From: an uncultured Planctomycetota bacterium
GTDB taxonomy: Bacteria; Planctomycetota; Phycisphaerae; Tepidisphaerales; Tepidisphaeraceae
Assembly: GCA_963841915.1 (NCBI GenBank)
Contig: CAWJEN010000006.1
Location: 704,001 to 768,000 of the forward strand
DNA length: 64,000 bases
Direction: 5' to 3'
Numbering within the stretch: the first letter of the stretch is position 1; every line of letters begins with the position of its first letter. The position numbers and the translations under genes were made by a program. Under the pieces are notes generated by a model. That model made no database searches. It had not been told where the DNA came from and saw only the letters and a list, made by a program, of their open reading frames with translations. This document shows, piece after piece, positions 1 to 9,180 of the stretch.

Positions 1-1
1 A

Positions 2-1648
2 AGGCCTTGGTTCAACACGTTCGAAAGTGCCTACGCCCGCTACGAGGGCAAGGTCGGCATCCGTTACGTCTACGCGGGCGGCGACGACGGTGCGAGCATC
101 AGCGGGGCCAACGGTGGCGAGCTAGGTGTTCGCGGCGATATCCGCGTGGCCGGCCTCGGTAACCCGTTCCCGTTCCCGGCGCTCGGCTTCAACCAGTCAC
201 CGCTTGGCGGCGGGGACACGGTGCTCAACACGGGTGCCGCCTTCTTCAGCGACCCGTCGCCGCTGCGTGGCATCACGATGCACGAGCACGCTCACGGCCT
301 CGGGCTAAGCCACTCCAACCCGCGTGGCGATCTGCCGCCGACGGTTGTGCAGGGTTCAGGCTTCAACGGCAACGGGCCGCAGTACGACGACCTGCTGGGC
401 CTGCACCGTTTGTACGGCGACGCCCTCGAACTCGACGGCGGTAACGACACCATCAGCACTGCGACATCGCTCGGCAACCTCGCCGTCGGCACCAGCACCA
501 GCCGCGGAAGTGACGCAACCGAGTTCGCGATCGGCCTCAACGCCACCGACATCGTCAGCATCGACGGCACGAGCGATAACGACGTCTACCGCTTCACCGT
601 CGACGGCCGTTCGCAGGCGAACATCATTCTCAGCCCGGTCGGCCCGACCTACACAATTGACTACGAAGGCCGTCCCCCGGAAACCATCAACGGCAAGCAA
701 CAGGCGAACCTGGCGTACGACATCTACAACGCCGACAATGTCCTGATCCTGTCGAGCGACCGCAGCGACATCGGCGGCAACGAGACCTACCTCGGCTTCC
801 GTGCCCCGGCGGCGGGAGATTACTACGTCCGCGTTCGCTCGACCGACGACCAGTCGCAGTTCTATCAGCTCGACGTCGCTGTCAACGCAACCGCCGCCGC
901 GAACGATGCAAATCTGCTGCTCGTTGACAACTTCGACCTTCCCGGCAGCGCGTCGGCCAACGGCGCCAACAGCTTCCGGCTTGCCTCCGGCCGGCAAGCT
1001 TCAGGCGTGATTGAATCAGCCTTCGGCGAGTCGACGAGCGACGATGCCAACACCACCGTCTCGATCGTGAACGACAAGCTCACCTTCACCGCCACTGGTG
1101 ACGGCGACGGAGCGAGCAACCAGACGCTCGACGTCCTCCGCAACGTCTTGCCCGAAGTCGAAGGCCAGCGGTGGCAGGCGTCATTCGAACTTGATCTGTC
1201 GAGTCAGGGCAACGTCAGCGACGGCTGGTTCGGCGTGACGTTCAACGACCAGACGCCGATCGGCATTCCGTTTCTGGCCTCGGCCGAGATGAGCATGCTC
1301 ATCCGCGAGGACGGCCGTGTCACCGTCCGCGAAAATGGCACCGACGGCGCTTCCGCCAACGTCGGCAGTGGCCCGTTCGACCTGTCGTTCATTGTTGATG
1401 AGACAGGCGTCGATCCGACGATGACGGTGCTCGTCAATGACATCGCTGTGCTGCAAGATGAAGTCATCAGCCTCAATGATCTCGGCCGTTATTTCAGCTT
1501 CACACTCCACAACGGCGGCTCGAGCGAGGTCGGCAGCGTCTTTACCGGGGCGATGGACAACCTCCGGCTCGAGATTCTCGTCCCGGAGCCGGCGACGGTC
1601 GCCAGCCTGAGTCTCCTCGGCGGACTCCTGTTGCGTCGCCGCCGGTGA
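2..1648 (+). CDS. PEP-CTERM surface protein with matrixin-like (M10/metzincin) zinc metalloprotease domain and PPC-like domain; 5' end lies outside the window
   Basis: The frame is open from base 2 (RPWFNTFESAYARY...GDIRVAG). It carries the HEHAHGLGLSH (HExxHxxGxxH) zinc motif, a 'DNDVYRFTV...GDYYVRV' PPC-like segment and a C-terminal VPEPATVASLSLLGGLLLRRRR sorting signal. Confidence 0.85.
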   Translation, partial: RPWFNTFESAYARYEGKVGIRYVYAGGDDGASISGANGGELGVRGDIRVAGLGNPFPFPALGFNQSPLGGGDTVLNTGAAFFSDPSPLRGITMHEHAHGLGLSHSNPRGDLPPTVVQGSGFNGNGPQYDDLLGLHRLYGDALELDGGNDTISTATSLGNLAVGTSTSRGSDATEFAIGLNATDIVSIDGTSDNDVYRFTVDGRSQANIILSPVGPTYTIDYEGRPPETINGKQQANLAYDIYNADNVLILSSDRSDIGGNETYLGFRAPAAGDYYVRVRSTDDQSQFYQLDVAVNATAAANDANLLLVDNFDLPGSASANGANSFRLASGRQASGVIESAFGESTSDDANTTVSIVNDKLTFTATGDGDGASNQTLDVLRNVLPEVEGQRWQASFELDLSSQGNVSDGWFGVTFNDQTPIGIPFLASAEMSMLIREDGRVTVRENGTDGASANVGSGPFDLSFIVDETGVDPTMTVLVNDIAVLQDEVISLNDLGRYFSFTLHNGGSSEVGSVFTGAMDNLRLEILVPEPATVASLSLLGGLLLRRRR

Positions 1649-1649
1649 T

Positions 1650-2204
1650 TCAGCTGAGGGCGATGCCACATTCCGGGCACCGGTCGGGCGTCGCGCGGAC
1701 GTCATAACCACACGCAGGACACGGCAGCGCGTCGCCAGAAGCGACGCGCTCCTGTCGTGCGGCCTCGCGGGCTTCGCCGATGATCGTCCTGGCCTCGGCT
1801 TCGTCCTGCTCGCTTACCCGAACCGTCGTGTGAGCCAGGCCCATAAAGCCGAGGTTCGTTGTCGTCGCACCGCCCGTGACCAGCGTCGGCAGCCCGGCAT
1901 CCCGCAGTACGGCTGCGACCAGATCCGACTCGAGTGCCTGCTGACTGCTGAAGACCTCAACCGTCCGCTCACCAGGTGCAATGTCCCGCGATGGAACGCC
2001 ATCTTGGTCATGAAGGTCGTCCGGCTCCTGTGGCGGCTCGATTTGCTCATAAGCGAGAACGTCCGAATCTTCCGATGAAAACGGCTCACCCATGGCTTCG
2101 ACCTCGTCATGCCTTTGCTGACGCGTACGGACGATCTTCACCGTCGCGACCACGATGAACAGCACGACCACGAGCGGCCCGATGCCTGCGAAGACGTCCA
2201 CCAT
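1650..2204 (-). CDS. Membrane-anchored DUF2007-like (PII-like) protein with C-terminal zinc ribbon
   Basis: N-terminal TM helix, 'ESDLVAAVLRDAGL...VRVSEQDEAEARTII' DUF2007-like pattern and CPACGYDVRATPDRCPECG tail. Start uncertain (2204 or 2270). Confidence 0.6.
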   Translation of the reverse strand: MVDVFAGIGPLVVVLFIVVATVKIVRTRQQRHDEVEAMGEPFSSEDSDVLAYEQIEPPQEPDDLHDQDGVPSRDIAPGERTVEVFSSQQALESDLVAAVLRDAGLPTLVTGGATTTNLGFMGLAHTTVRVSEQDEAEARTIIGEAREAARQERVASGDALPCPACGYDVRATPDRCPECGIALS

Positions 2205-2299
2205 GCCATCCAGCGTCGGGTGAAAATGCTCAACCGTCAAATCGTTCGAAAGACGCACTCGCCGCGGCACAGGGTTTCAGTCGCCGCTAAAGTGTGGGC

Positions 2300-4228
2300 A
2301 TGGCAGCTCCTACTGAAAAGCGTGCGATCGTCGTCGGTGGTGGTTTGGCCGGTCTGGCCTGCACGGTGAAGCTCGCCGAGCAGGGCGTGGCGGTCGACCT
2401 CATCTCGATGGTTCCGGTCAAGCGTTCGCACAGCGTCTGCGCCCAGGGCGGCATCAACGCGACGAACGACATTGCCCGCCAGCAGGGGTACAGCGAGTGG
2501 CTGCACTTCGACGAGACGATTCTCGGTGGCGACTTCCTGGCCGACCAGCCGCCTGTGCTGGAGATGGCCAACGCGGCTCCGAAAATCATCGACCTGCTCG
2601 ACCGCATGGGCGTGCCGTTCAACCGGACGGCCGAGGGCCAGCGGTCGCTCCGCATGTTCGGCGGCTCGCTCTTTAAGCGGACGTTCTACAGCGGCGCGAC
2701 GACCGGTCAGCAGCTTCTCTACGCCCTCGACGAGCAGACGCGCCGCTTTGAGGCAGAAGGTAAAGTCAACAAGTACGAGTTCTGGGAGTTCCTCTGGCCC
2801 ATCACCGAAGAGATCGACGGCGAGAAAACCGTCGTCGGCATCGTCGCCCAGGACATGCGGACGATGGAGATCCGCGTCTTCAAGGGTGAGGCCGTCGTCA
2901 TGGCCACCGGTGGGAACGGCCTGATCTTCGGCAAGAGCACGATGAGCGTCATCTGCACCGGCGGTGCTGCCAGCCGCTGCATGCAGGCCGGCGCCAAGTA
3001 CGCCAACCCGGAGATGATGCAGGTCCACCCATCGGCCATTCCCGGCGAGGACAAGTGCAGGCTTATCAGCGAAAGCGCCCGCGGCGAGGGCGGCCGCGTC
3101 TGGGTGCCCAAGACGCCAAAGGACGAGCGACATCCCAACGACATTCCCGAGGATGAGCGGTGGTACTTCCTCGAAGAAAAGTACCCCAAGTACGGCAACC
3201 TCGTCCCACGCGATATCGCAACCCGCGAGATCTTCCAAACCTGCCTCGACGGCTACGGCGTCGGTGGTGGCAACATGGTCTACCTCGACCTCCGCGACCA
3301 GGTCAACAAGATCGGCCGCGACGGTGTGATGAAGAAGCTGGCGGGCATCCTCGAGATCTATGAAAAGTTCGTCGGCGTCGACCCGCTCAGCGAGCCGATG
3401 AAGATCTTCCCCGCCATCCATTACTCCATGGGCGGACTGTGGACCGGCTACAAAAAGGACGACAAGACCGGCGGCATGGTCCACGGCGACCCGGCCAACA
3501 TGATGACCAACATCAAGGGCCTCTACGCCATGGGTGAGGCCGTCGTGCACTACCACGGAGCCAATCGCCTCGGGGCGAATTCGCTGCTGTCGTGCATCTT
3601 CGACGGCCTGTTCAGCGGCCAGTCGGTCGCCAACTACGTCAAGGACGTCGCCCCCGAGCGCGACTCGATCAGCCAGAGCACCTACGACGCAGCAGCCAAG
3701 CAGGAGCAGGACCGCATGGACACGCTCATCAACTCCGACGGCGACGTCAACCCGTACGAGCTGTGGCAGGAGATGGGCCGCGAGATGACCAACCACTGCA
3801 CGGTCGTCCGCTACAACGACAAGCTCGACATGCTCATCGCCAACATGCGTGAGTACAAGGAGCGGTACAAGCGGGTCAAGCTCAGCGACACCGGCATGTG
3901 GACGAACCAGAACCTGTCGTTCGCCCGCGCGGTGCGAGACATGATCGCGATGGCCGAGGGCATCGCCAAGGCCGCCCGCATGCGGGACGAGTCGCGTGGT
4001 GCGCACTACAAGCCCGAGTTTCCAGAGCGTGACGACGCCAACTTCCTCAAGAGCACGGTCGTCACGTATGACGCTGCCAAGGACGAAGCATTCGTCGAGT
4101 GGGGCCCGGTCGACACGTCGCTCATTCCGCCGCGGCTTCGGACCTACGGCAAGGTCGAGGCCAAGGAGGACAAGAAGGACGACGCGCCGAAGGTCGAGAA
4201 GAAAGAGCGCGAAGCAGCGGTCGTCTAG
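2300..4228 (+). CDS. sdhA: Succinate dehydrogenase/fumarate reductase flavoprotein subunit (Bacillus-type)
   Basis: GGGLAG FAD motif, RSHSVCAQGG covalent-FAD His motif, QVHPS, SESARGEGG, HYSMGG, HGANRLGANSL, RDESRGAH. Confidence 0.95.
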   Translation: MAAPTEKRAIVVGGGLAGLACTVKLAEQGVAVDLISMVPVKRSHSVCAQGGINATNDIARQQGYSEWLHFDETILGGDFLADQPPVLEMANAAPKIIDLLDRMGVPFNRTAEGQRSLRMFGGSLFKRTFYSGATTGQQLLYALDEQTRRFEAEGKVNKYEFWEFLWPITEEIDGEKTVVGIVAQDMRTMEIRVFKGEAVVMATGGNGLIFGKSTMSVICTGGAASRCMQAGAKYANPEMMQVHPSAIPGEDKCRLISESARGEGGRVWVPKTPKDERHPNDIPEDERWYFLEEKYPKYGNLVPRDIATREIFQTCLDGYGVGGGNMVYLDLRDQVNKIGRDGVMKKLAGILEIYEKFVGVDPLSEPMKIFPAIHYSMGGLWTGYKKDDKTGGMVHGDPANMMTNIKGLYAMGEAVVHYHGANRLGANSLLSCIFDGLFSGQSVANYVKDVAPERDSISQSTYDAAAKQEQDRMDTLINSDGDVNPYELWQEMGREMTNHCTVVRYNDKLDMLIANMREYKERYKRVKLSDTGMWTNQNLSFARAVRDMIAMAEGIAKAARMRDESRGAHYKPEFPERDDANFLKSTVVTYDAAKDEAFVEWGPVDTSLIPPRLRTYGKVEAKEDKKDDAPKVEKKEREAAVV

Positions 4229-4261
4229 GTCGATTAACGCATTGGTCGATTTACGCACTGC

Positions 4262-4339
4262 TCACTGTTTTAGCCGACAGCGGGAGCGGGCGCGTTCGGA
4301 GCGAGACGCGCTCGCTCCCGCGGGCGGTGAAAACGGTGA
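4262..4339. terminator. Long GC-rich hairpin between convergent genes (probable terminator or REP-like element)
   Basis: 4262-4271 pairs with 4330-4339 and 4280-4295 pairs with 4306-4321. The single mismatch in each stem is a G-U pair on the + strand. Confidence 0.55.
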
Positions 4340-4360
4340 CGTTGACGAGTCAAGGTCAAC

Positions 4361-5116
4361 TCACCCGTAGATGGTGAGCGAGAGCAAGAGCCCGACGCTG
4401 CCGCAGGAGATGCCGGCGATGGCCATGCCCTTGCCTGCGCCTTCGGGTTGACGCAGGGCGATGACGCCGAAGATCACCGCCAAGAGCGGGACGATGATTG
4501 TGCAGAAGGTCGGCAGCCCGACGATGCCCAGCACGAGCGACGCTGTTGCCATCCCGTTGCTCCCGCCGGCAGCTTCAAGCGTGGTGCCTTCCATCGTGAA
4601 AGGCATTCCGCAGTTGCGGCAGTTGTTGGCCTGGATCGGCGAACTCGTGCTGCACCGCGGGCAGCGGATGTACTGGTGGCCGTCGTCGCCGCGTTCGATC
4701 AGCGGTGCTCGCTCACCCGCGGCGGCGTAGGCGTGGACCGGGTGCGGGTCCTGCTTGATGACCTTGCCCGTCATCGGGTCGATCAGCCGTCCGCTGCGGT
4801 CGAGGATCGGAATAATGATCGTGTTGCTGCACGTCGGGCAATGCCCTTCCTGTCCGGCCATCGCACTGTTGGCCTCGAGGCGACTCGAGCAATACTGACA
4901 GTTGAAGCCGTAACGCCTGCCCGGCATCGGCGACGCCGAGGGCGTGACGACGGGGCGGCTCGGTCGGACGGGCTCGATGACTTCAGCCGTTGCGATATCG
5001 TCGTCGGCCGGGACGGGCATCGTCTCCTTGCACTTGGGACACCGCACCAGCCGACCCGTGGCATCGGCCGGGGCACGTAGCTTGGTGTCACACGTGGAGC
5101 AGGCAAACTCGGGCAT
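4361..5116 (-). CDS. Multi-zinc-ribbon protein with C-terminal DUF4190-like membrane domain
   Basis: Three CxxC...CxxC ribbons, followed by 'NGMATASLVLGIVG...LAVIFGVIAL...GKGMAIAGISCG', typical of DUF4190. Confidence 0.75.
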   Translation of the reverse strand: MPEFACSTCDTKLRAPADATGRLVRCPKCKETMPVPADDDIATAEVIEPVRPSRPVVTPSASPMPGRRYGFNCQYCSSRLEANSAMAGQEGHCPTCSNTIIIPILDRSGRLIDPMTGKVIKQDPHPVHAYAAAGERAPLIERGDDGHQYIRCPRCSTSSPIQANNCRNCGMPFTMEGTTLEAAGGSNGMATASLVLGIVGLPTFCTIIVPLLAVIFGVIALRQPEGAGKGMAIAGISCGSVGLLLSLTIYG

Positions 5117-5159
5117 CCGTACTTATGGTACCGCCAAACCGGCCCAATGTTTCGTTGGG

Positions 5160-5189
5160 TGCAATAGTGTCCCCAGCCACGGCGTTCTA
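5160..5189 (+). promoter_or_regulatory. Putative ECF-type (autoregulatory) promoter
   Basis: TGCAAT (5160-5165), 17 nt spacer, CGTTCTA (5183-5189), 14 nt upstream of the ECF sigma start; resembles the AAC-N17-CGT ECF consensus. Confidence 0.35.
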
Positions 5190-5203
5190 CCGTCGCAACG
5201 CGT

Positions 5204-5803
5204 ATGGCGACTGACGATCCGAGCCCGACGCCCGACGATAGCGATCTGGTGGTCCGTCTGCAGTCGGGTGACGTGGCGGCGGGTGACGAGCTTGTGATCC
5301 GCCACACGCGGCCGTTGCTCGGATATCTGCGTCGCATCACCCGGGGCGACGTGTCGTTGGCCGAGGACTTGCATCAGGCGACGTGGTCGTCGGCTTTGGA
5401 ACACCTGGACAGCTTCGACGTTCGCGGCCGTGGGCCGGGCTTTAAGCCTTGGCTGTTCCGGATCGCGACGAACAAGGCGAACGATCATTTTCGTCGCCGC
5501 GGGCGGGAGGCGAGGCGGCTGGACCTGTTTGCAAGTGGTCCCGGTCCGCATCGTGCCGAGCCGGTCGTCGGTGAAGCGGTAGACGACGCCGAAGCCGCCG
5601 ATTCACTGCGGGCGGCTGTTGCGACGCTGCCCGAGCCGCAGCGGATGGTCGTCGAGCTCCGCTTCTGGGGCGGCCTGAAGTTCACGGAGATTGCCGAGGT
5701 CGTCGGTTGCCCGCTTAATACGGCATTGGGCCGCATGCATAAAGCGCTCAAAAAGCTGCGACACGCGCTACCGGCGACAATAAACGAGCCGTCGCTGCGT
5801 TAG
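5204..5803 (+). CDS. ECF RNA polymerase sigma-70 factor
   Basis: Region 2 'AEDLHQATW...FKPWLFRIATNKANDHFRR' and region 4 'LPEPQRMVVELRFWGGLKFTEIAEVVGCPLNTALGRMHKALKKLR'. Confidence 0.93.
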   Translation: MATDDPSPTPDDSDLVVRLQSGDVAAGDELVIRHTRPLLGYLRRITRGDVSLAEDLHQATWSSALEHLDSFDVRGRGPGFKPWLFRIATNKANDHFRRRGREARRLDLFASGPGPHRAEPVVGEAVDDAEAADSLRAAVATLPEPQRMVVELRFWGGLKFTEIAEVVGCPLNTALGRMHKALKKLRHALPATINEPSLR

Positions 5804-5828
5804 ACGGATAGACCAGACCCCGACTTTC

Positions 5829-6425
5829 ATGCACCCTCACGACGATTCCATCACCGCCGCCCAGGCAGACGTTTATCTGCGAGCCGATGTCGACGGCCCG
5901 GCCGACGCCGAGGCGGCCGAGCTGCGTCGCGAGCTGAACCAGTTGGCGACCTGTGCGATGCAGCCGCTACCCGATCGTGACGAGCGACTAGCGATCAGGC
6001 AGACGCAGGCGCTTGTGCGGAATTGGGTGAATCGTCCGGTCGTCGCTGGTCGCATAGGGCCGGGTGACACGGCCGGTGGATCGGCGCTGGGTCGCTGGGT
6101 GCGCTGGCCTTTGGCCGCGGCGGCACTGCTTGTGGCAGGGCTGGTCACGCTCACATTCCTGGCCAATTCCGGATCGGCCACCGACCCAGGCCTGGCGGTA
6201 AACGGGACCGACACGAGCGGTCTTGGAACCGAGATCGACGGCCGCCGCCCGCCGAGGCCTGACGATCACGTAGATCGCTTTGACGAGCTGTTTGACTCAC
6301 CCGCGTTGTCGGATCGCCAGGATGAATTGTCCGCCGCCCTTGCGTGGATTGACATCGACTCACCGATCTACGAGGAAGAGGCAGTTTTCGAGTTGATCGA
6401 TTGGTCCGACGAAGGTTCCCTGTGA
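5829..6425 (+). CDS. Putative single-TM anti-sigma factor
   Basis: Directly follows the ECF gene; central TM helix (RWPLAAAALLVAGLVTLTFLA) and acidic C-terminus. Function is inferred from position. Confidence 0.55.
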   Translation: MHPHDDSITAAQADVYLRADVDGPADAEAAELRRELNQLATCAMQPLPDRDERLAIRQTQALVRNWVNRPVVAGRIGPGDTAGGSALGRWVRWPLAAAALLVAGLVTLTFLANSGSATDPGLAVNGTDTSGLGTEIDGRRPPRPDDHVDRFDELFDSPALSDRQDELSAALAWIDIDSPIYEEEAVFELIDWSDEGSL

Positions 6426-6460
6426 TGACGATGCGACATGTGATGACGATGCGACATGTG
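6421..6460. repeat. Perfect 18-bp tandem duplication (TGTGATGACGATGCGACA x2, plus TGTG)
   Basis: Copies at 6421-6438 and 6439-6456 span the TGATG stop/start overlap. Confidence 0.9.
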
Positions 6461-7129
6461 TACCCGATGATCGTGATGCTGGCACTTGCCGGGGCCGCTG
6501 TCATGCCCGCTTCGGCACAGCCGGTGGACGGCAAAGCGCCGGCTGACCGGGGTGAGCAACAGGAGCGACGGCCTGCACGTGTCAGCCCGCCGACCGACGA
6601 GCAATGGGAGCAGTCGCGGCAATTCCTCACCCAGCACTCGCCCAAGCGGCTCGACATGTACGACAGTTTCGTCAGTCGGCTGGGCGTCGATTTCGATGAC
6701 ATGTCCCGCAACGGCCGACTCGTGATGCGAATCCGGGCACGAATCCACGGGCAAGTCGCCGAGCTTCAGAAGCTGGAGGTGCGGGACCCGCGGCAGTATG
6801 AGCACGCGCTGATGCAGTACGAGACGGAGGACCACATTCTTCTCCAGCTGAGCAACGCCCGGCGTGCCGCTACGGAGGGTGACGAAGCGGCAGAGGCCAA
6901 GGCGCGGAAGGTGGCCGAAAAGTTGTCGGCGACGTACGTCGAGCGTGCCATGGCCGTCCGCAAAGAGTCTATCGAGCGGATGCAAAAGCGGATCGAAATC
7001 GAGACGAAGCGGCTCGAGAAAGACCGTGCTCGTGCGGAAGAACTCGAGGCCGAGCTGCTGGCAAAGTTCGAGCGACGGCTGCCGCGGCGACCGGCTGACG
7101 GCGGGACGACCACACGACCGGCCGAGTGA
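6425..7129 (+). CDS. Secreted alpha-helical/coiled-coil protein, third gene of the ECF triad
   Basis: Signal peptide (IVMLALAGAAVMPASA/Q), charged helical body, translationally coupled by TGATG. Confidence 0.7.
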   Translation: MTMRHVMTMRHVYPMIVMLALAGAAVMPASAQPVDGKAPADRGEQQERRPARVSPPTDEQWEQSRQFLTQHSPKRLDMYDSFVSRLGVDFDDMSRNGRLVMRIRARIHGQVAELQKLEVRDPRQYEHALMQYETEDHILLQLSNARRAATEGDEAAEAKARKVAEKLSATYVERAMAVRKESIERMQKRIEIETKRLEKDRARAEELEAELLAKFERRLPRRPADGGTTTRPAE

Positions 7130-8104
7130 TCATGTTGAAGCAGGCGGCGCCGGATACGTCGGCGTCTGGCCCAGACACACGGCCAGCACGTCACGCACAA
7201 CCCACGACATGTTCTCCGTTGCGACCTTCGTCCGGCTGGCCATGTGCGGCGTGAGGATGACACGGTCTGCGTGCTCGCGTTGCAGTGTCGCGTAAGGCGA
7301 ATCAGGCGTCGGGGGCTCCGGGTCATAGACGTCGATGGCCACGCCCGATAGCCGGCCGCTCGCCAGTGCGCTTGGCAACGCGGCGGCGTCAAGGACGAGG
7401 CCGCGGCTGGTGTTGATGAGGTAGCGGAACGACCCCCGCACGATCGCACCGCCGTCGATGAGGTGCCGATTCCCGGCCCGGCCGTCGACGTGGATCGACA
7501 AGAGGTCACACGTCGTCAGCAGCCGCTCAAAGTCGATGGGCGTCGCCGCGAGGCCGTCGTCCCGCACCGCGGCAGAGACGTCAGCGACATCGTAGTAGAC
7601 AACGCTAGCCCCATGCGCCTGCTCGAAAACGCGGGTGACGGCCCGGCCGACCCGGCCCATGCCGAGGATGCCGATCGTCAGGTCGGCTAAGTGTTCGCCT
7701 GCGTCTTGTCTGAGGATTTTGAAGCCATCGTTGGTGAAGTCGAGTGCGTTGGCGTGCCAAGGCCGCACGAGCTTGACCGCCAGCCCGCTGACGAATTCTG
7801 CGACGGCACGCGTGTTGGCGTCGGGCGTATAGACGACCTCGATGCCACGCGTCTGACAGGCAGCTACGTCAATCGACTCGAGCCCGACGCCGCCGCGACC
7901 GACGACTTTCAAGTGCTTGGCGTGGGCGAGCAGCTCGGCCGTGACGTTCGTGTACGACCGAACGACCATGCCGTCCGCCCTGGCGACGGCCGCTTCAAAG
8001 CCTTCGTCATCCGGGCCGACGTCCAGCACGTCGGCCCGCTCGCGCAGCCACGCCATCGGCTTGGCGTCGCCGCCTTCGGTCACCAGAATCGTCGGCTTGT
8101 TCAT
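7130..8104 (-). CDS. D-isomer-specific 2-hydroxyacid dehydrogenase (SerA-like)
   Basis: VGRGGVGLESID, TPDANTRAVAE, GILGMGRVG, NTSRG, DVYDPEP, TPHMA motifs. Confidence 0.88.
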   Translation of the reverse strand: MNKPTILVTEGGDAKPMAWLRERADVLDVGPDDEGFEAAVARADGMVVRSYTNVTAELLAHAKHLKVVGRGGVGLESIDVAACQTRGIEVVYTPDANTRAVAEFVSGLAVKLVRPWHANALDFTNDGFKILRQDAGEHLADLTIGILGMGRVGRAVTRVFEQAHGASVVYYDVADVSAAVRDDGLAATPIDFERLLTTCDLLSIHVDGRAGNRHLIDGGAIVRGSFRYLINTSRGLVLDAAALPSALASGRLSGVAIDVYDPEPPTPDSPYATLQREHADRVILTPHMASRTKVATENMSWVVRDVLAVCLGQTPTYPAPPAST

Positions 8105-8733
8105 GTCGGCACCTCGGCGTCGGCCTCATCCACAGCTCGGCGGCCTTGTAAAGCGTCAGCCAGCATGTTCCGGTTCGCATATTCGATGGCCCCACCCGCA
8201 GGCAGTCCGCGGGCCAGCCGCGTGATCTTGACGCCTTTGAATCGGCGGACGATCTCGTCCCGCAGGAATAGGCTCGTCGCATCGCCTTCGAGCGTCGGAT
8301 TTGTGCCGAGGATGACTTCCTGAACGTCGTCATCGGCCACCCGCTTGAGCAATGCGTCGACCGTCAGATCCTCAGGCTCGATGCCTTCAAGCGGTGCGAG
8401 TCGGCCGAGTAGGACGTGGTACGTCCCGCGAAAAGCACCGACATCTTCGAGGGCGATGACATCTTTGGGCTGCTCGACGACGAGAACGACCTGCCGATCC
8501 CGCCGTGGGTCGTCGTAGATGATGCACCGCTCGCCGTCGGTCAGGTTGAAGGTGATCGGGCAGTGCCGGACACGTGTCTTGATGTCGCTGAGGGCCTCGG
8601 CAAAGGCGAGCACGTCTTCCTTGTCGTCGCGAAGTAGCTGAAAAACGATCCGTTCTGCCGACCTCGGGCCGATGCCGGGCAGGCGGCCGAAGTGGCGGAG
8701 CAGGGCATCGACGACGGGCAGGTTCTTGGCCAT
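8101..8733 (-). CDS. recR: Recombination mediator RecR
   Basis: LPGIGPRSAER HhH motif, VVEQPKD, YHVLLG, EVILGTNPTLEGDAT TOPRIM motif, TRLARGLPAG. Confidence 0.96.
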   Translation of the reverse strand: MAKNLPVVDALLRHFGRLPGIGPRSAERIVFQLLRDDKEDVLAFAEALSDIKTRVRHCPITFNLTDGERCIIYDDPRRDRQVVLVVEQPKDVIALEDVGAFRGTYHVLLGRLAPLEGIEPEDLTVDALLKRVADDDVQEVILGTNPTLEGDATSLFLRDEIVRRFKGVKITRLARGLPAGGAIEYANRNMLADALQGRRAVDEADAEVPT

Positions 8734-8903
8734 CAGAAAGTCAACGGGCGGCAGAAGCGAAGCAGGGCGATTGTTGGAGCAGAAAGGCCATTTCGCTTCG
8801 GGACCGTTTGCGACTATAACCGCATCCTTGGCGGGTGTGGCCGCTTGTGCGGCCGATCACACCCCACCGCCAGACGTTTCCCCGTGAACGGAGACAAACA
8901 ACT

Positions 8904-9032
8904 ATGAAGAAGATCATCAAGCGTTTCGGCCTGCTGCTGCTCGTCGGCGCCCTCGTCAGCCCGATTGCCCTCACCTCCGGTTGCGAAGGTGATGTCGACG
9001 GCGACGGCGCCAGCCTCGAAGTCGGTGACTGA
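8904..9032 (+). CDS. Very small lipoprotein (42 aa)
   Basis: GGAGA RBS-like sequence, TATAAC at 8815-8820, MKKIIKRFGLLLLVGALVSPIALTSG/C lipoprotein signal, mature CEGDVDGDGASLEVGD. Confidence 0.7.
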   Translation: MKKIIKRFGLLLLVGALVSPIALTSGCEGDVDGDGASLEVGD

Positions 9033-9180
9033 GTGAAGCGGTTCGGCTGCCGAAAGAGGCCGATCCACCCACCCGTCCCACCAAGAGCGGTGGCAGCAAG
9101 CCACCCCAATTCGCCAACGCGTGAGACCGGGCGGCGTGTCGACTCTGCAAGAGTTCGACAGGCCCGGTATCCACGAAAAC

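Noticed and set aside
2237..4258. Long antisense ORFs (also 12901-14721, 21927-23447, 27238-29244, 33085-34479 and others)
   Set aside because: Shadow ORFs opposite well-supported genes, expected in high-GC DNA; no motifs.
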